Shown one piece after another: positions 39,602 through 42,386 of a DNA stretch of 42,386 nucleotides. The notes under the pieces are model-generated. The model did not search any database. It was not told the DNA's origin and was given only the letters and a program-made list of their open reading frames with translations. This DNA comes from Methanothrix sp. Its GTDB lineage: Archaea > Halobacteriota > Methanosarcinia > Methanotrichales > Methanotrichaceae. The position numbers were made by a program, and so were the translations under genes. The stretch lies in NCBI GenBank assembly GCA_037128175.1, contig JBAXWY010000024.1:1-42386 (forward strand). The letters are read 5' to 3'. Positions within the stretch are counted from its first letter, which is position 1; every line of letters starts with the position of its first letter.

Positions 39602-39773
39602 GGAGAGGAGAAATGCCTGGGGATAAAGATCGCCGGGACCAAGGAAGAGCGGCTCCTGGCGATGATCGAGGCCCTGGGAGACAAGCCTCTGCGCGCAATC
39701 AGCATTAAAAGGGCCAACAGGATACGCCCTGTGGAACTTCGCATCCGGCCACCACAGAGCTGGATGTACTGCA
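39602..39773 (+). pseudogene. Duplicated 3' end of the ASCH gene (matches 32773-32944)
   Basis: 172-bp ungapped direct repeat, roughly 85-90% identical by eye. Confidence 0.9.
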
Positions 39774-39810
39774 GGGAGGCAGAAAAGCTCGGCTATGGAC
39801 AGGGTCTAAA

Positions 39811-41349
39811 TTAGAGGGGTCTTATCACCATACCAGTTAATGCCAAGAAAAAAAGTAGCGAGAATAATGCTCCAATTAATCTCTCGATGATGAATAGTTT
39901 TTTGGTCAAGGAAAAGTCAGTTTTCTGGGGCTCTGGAATCGCTGGCGGATCGACAAAGAGCCTTGTACCAGAAAGGAATACTGTCGAGCTAAAGAAAACG
40001 GCTTCAGATAACCCACGGGGCCATTTTTTTGCAGTATAATACTCGTCATTCCAAATGTCCGATTTTTTTAATAATATCATTACCCAGAAGATTCCTAGTG
40101 GCGCTATGAAAAATATTGAAAGCCATAATTCGATCATTTCACCCTCAAACAATATCGATCTAAATATCGAAAAGAAAACCAGAGACCATAAGATTGTAGT
40201 CATACAAATTAATTTCTTTTTGGCATTCAATCCAATTGCCATCCAAATAAATCCAAAAAATGTTATGAAGTATAATGACCATAAAAGCGGATAAAGCGGC
40301 CTCTTGCCAAAACCGTACAAGATCCACGCTCCAAGATCGACGAAAAACATTAGAGGGTCATTGCCTATCTCTCGATTCAGAAATTGCTTTTCTCTCATTA
40401 GATAATAACAGTTGTCCGCATCATTATAATAACCCAATTCTTTAAAGTTCTCTATCAAAGATATATATGTTTCATCATCGTAATATAAATTTTTTTTGAT
40501 ATTATTCCACCTAATATACATCTTATCGAATCGCGACCTGGTTAAATGGAGGTTCTTTTGAAAAATGGCGTTTTCAAATAAAACATTTTCTTTAAACTTG
40601 GAATCACTAAATAAAGATTCGCCTTTAAAAATCGCATTCCTAAATGAACTCGTTTTGTTAAATTGACTCTCCTCGAAGTTTGTTTCACCTGAGAATAAAG
40701 ACCCATCAAATACAACAGAGTTATGGAACTTTGAGTATCCAAAATCAGCAGATCCAAAAAATAGAGCACTATCACCAATGAATTTGCCGATGAACTGACT
40801 GTTAGAGAAGGATACATCCCCAAAAAACGTCACATTGTAAAATGTAGCATCTTTCATAAAATTAGCATATTTGAACGATGCATCTTTTATAAATCGAGCC
40901 CTTTCAAAGCTTGAGTAGCCAAAATCTGTTCCATCAAAATTAGTAAAATTTTTAAAATTAGAGTATCCAAAGTAAGTTTGTTTTTTAAATTTGGAACCTC
41001 TAAAATCGGCATAACCATCGAACACTGTATTCACAAAAGAAATAGGTCTTTGAAATATGATATTGTCAAAGCTGACATTTCCACGGATCTCAGAGTTTGC
41101 TATTAATATTGATGAATTAACCAATTTGGCAGTTTCATTTAAACGAAGTATTCCAACTTCGATTAGAGTCCTCTCTAGACTTACTGAGGGCAAATCGCTC
41201 GGTTTAAGATCACCTACTATGACTACATCATGCCAATCCACCGACTCTCCTTTTTTAATCTGGATTATAATATCGTTAACCTGTACTACAGTCCGGTTAT
41301 CTGATGAGCAATGAATTATATCAACCATGCAAAGAAGCGTAGTAATCAA
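39811..41349 (-). CDS. Pentapeptide-repeat protein with C-terminal membrane domain
   Basis: xxFxxxxF repeats; GFGKRP followed by several hydrophobic segments. Confidence 0.88.
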   Translation of the reverse strand: MITTLLCMVDIIHCSSDNRTVVQVNDIIIQIKKGESVDWHDVVIVGDLKPSDLPSVSLERTLIEVGILRLNETAKLVNSSILIANSEIRGNVSFDNIIFQRPISFVNTVFDGYADFRGSKFKKQTYFGYSNFKNFTNFDGTDFGYSSFERARFIKDASFKYANFMKDATFYNVTFFGDVSFSNSQFIGKFIGDSALFFGSADFGYSKFHNSVVFDGSLFSGETNFEESQFNKTSSFRNAIFKGESLFSDSKFKENVLFENAIFQKNLHLTRSRFDKMYIRWNNIKKNLYYDDETYISLIENFKELGYYNDADNCYYLMREKQFLNREIGNDPLMFFVDLGAWILYGFGKRPLYPLLWSLYFITFFGFIWMAIGLNAKKKLICMTTILWSLVFFSIFRSILFEGEMIELWLSIFFIAPLGIFWVMILLKKSDIWNDEYYTAKKWPRGLSEAVFFSSTVFLSGTRLFVDPPAIPEPQKTDFSLTKKLFIIERLIGALFSLLFFLALTGMVIRPL

Positions 41350-41360
41350 GAAGAACGTAT

Positions 41361-41975
41361 TTAAAATTTTCGTTTTATTTCACCCCTCTGAAGCTTGCGA
41401 GATTTTAGCCAAAATGAAGCTAAAATTACGACAATCGTATTGAATAATCCCAATGATGACATTGTATTTCGATCCGAGAGGGGTTTCATTTTTACATAAA
41501 CAGGCTTTCGAATGACATGATTAAGCACAGATTGTGGGCTTCCTTCTAGGACGACGTAATTATAAATAATTAGATCTAAACTATTATTACCGATCGATAG
41601 AGGGGTTACTTGCCAGTCCCATCGAACATAATCCCCTTGACTCATAATCTGAGTTAAAGGATTAAGAGGCTCTATTTTAAAATTTTCGCTAGATAGTAAG
41701 ACTCTTATTGTGGAGCCAGTAACGTTGATTTTTCTATATTCTAGATTTACACTTGGTGTCTCTGATGTCACATTAGAAGAAATAAAAACTGCAACGTTAT
41801 ATTTCTCATTGAGATACATTTCTCCTGGTAGATCGGTTATTAACACGGCGCCAGTATTTGATTCACGAATCTTATTTGCAATCGCTGAATAGAGCTTTTC
41901 GGTATCTGTTGGAGGAATGATATCCCCGTGAATTGTCCCGGACAGAATTATCATTATCAGTGATAATTTTATCAA
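41361..41975 (-). CDS. Exported/membrane-anchored hypothetical protein
   Basis: N-terminal hydrophobic stretch, W.WQVTPL..G motif, C-terminal TM segment plus basic tail. Confidence 0.7.
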   Translation of the reverse strand: MIKLSLIMIILSGTIHGDIIPPTDTEKLYSAIANKIRESNTGAVLITDLPGEMYLNEKYNVAVFISSNVTSETPSVNLEYRKINVTGSTIRVLLSSENFKIEPLNPLTQIMSQGDYVRWDWQVTPLSIGNNSLDLIIYNYVVLEGSPQSVLNHVIRKPVYVKMKPLSDRNTMSSLGLFNTIVVILASFWLKSRKLQRGEIKRKF

Positions 41976-42154
41976 AGCAGATACTTTATTCGTTCAATTT
42001 CACCCTATGTATTATCACAGCTATAACTAATAAAAGATATGGGTCACTATCTTTTATTAGATCCCAAAGCTTTCGGAAAGCTATAATCCATTCTATAATG
42101 AGCCCAGCGCGGTCGCGCCTTCGGCCCACATGCGAGAGAATCGTGAAAGCCGGC

Positions 42155-42304
42155 ATGAATGAGATGATTGGCTACCAGCCCGACCCAGAAGAGCACGAGA
42201 TCAGCATCCACCCAGGCCCTGGCACTTGCTGCCCAAAGATGCTGGTGAGAGACGGCATCTGCCAGGGCTGCGGCCATCTGCTCTTTCGCTCAGGAAAGGA
42301 TTAA
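42155..42304 (+). CDS. Small zinc-ribbon-like protein
   Basis: CCPKM...CQGCGH in a GC-rich island; start uncertain. Confidence 0.35.
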   Translation: MNEMIGYQPDPEEHEISIHPGPGTCCPKMLVRDGICQGCGHLLFRSGKD

Positions 42305-42386
42305 CACGTGTGATCAAAAGGTTTTTCTATTTTCTATAAGCATTAAACAATAAGGAGGGATTTCAATCTCTAAGAACACTATCAAA

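Overview
Archaeal accessory region, most likely from a Methanothrix-like methanogen (inferred from the TBP, an FpoI-like sequence and archaeal promoter geometry). It reads as a decaying integrated element or island in which GC-rich backbone pieces alternate with AT-rich cargo genes. Left part: a type I R-M locus (5'-truncated hsdS, a DUF3644/HEPN-like gene, hsdR), an Mrr-N-like gene, a TPR remnant, a ubiquitin-like protein ending in GG, a 36-aa HEAT-repeat protein, a PolB2-accessory operon remnant and an extra TBP. The most striking structure is six copies of a 44-bp site (13-bp inverted arms GTTCTATGGCATT / AATGCCATAGAAC around an 18-bp spacer) between 14.6 and 28.8 kb. Four of them bracket a TATA-like box directly upstream of repeated copies (intact or decayed) of a small coiled-coil + arm-type DNA-binding gene, with unrelated cargo genes between the units, like a cassette array. 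Right part: a plasmid-like module (ardC, SWIM protein, RHH-like protein, divergent operators and hairpins), a second HEAT paralog, an ASCH gene whose 3' end is duplicated, large secreted proteins, an IS256 fragment and a virus-like fragment. No integrase, tRNA, rRNA or CRISPR array was seen. All family assignments come from reading motifs by eye; no searches were run.
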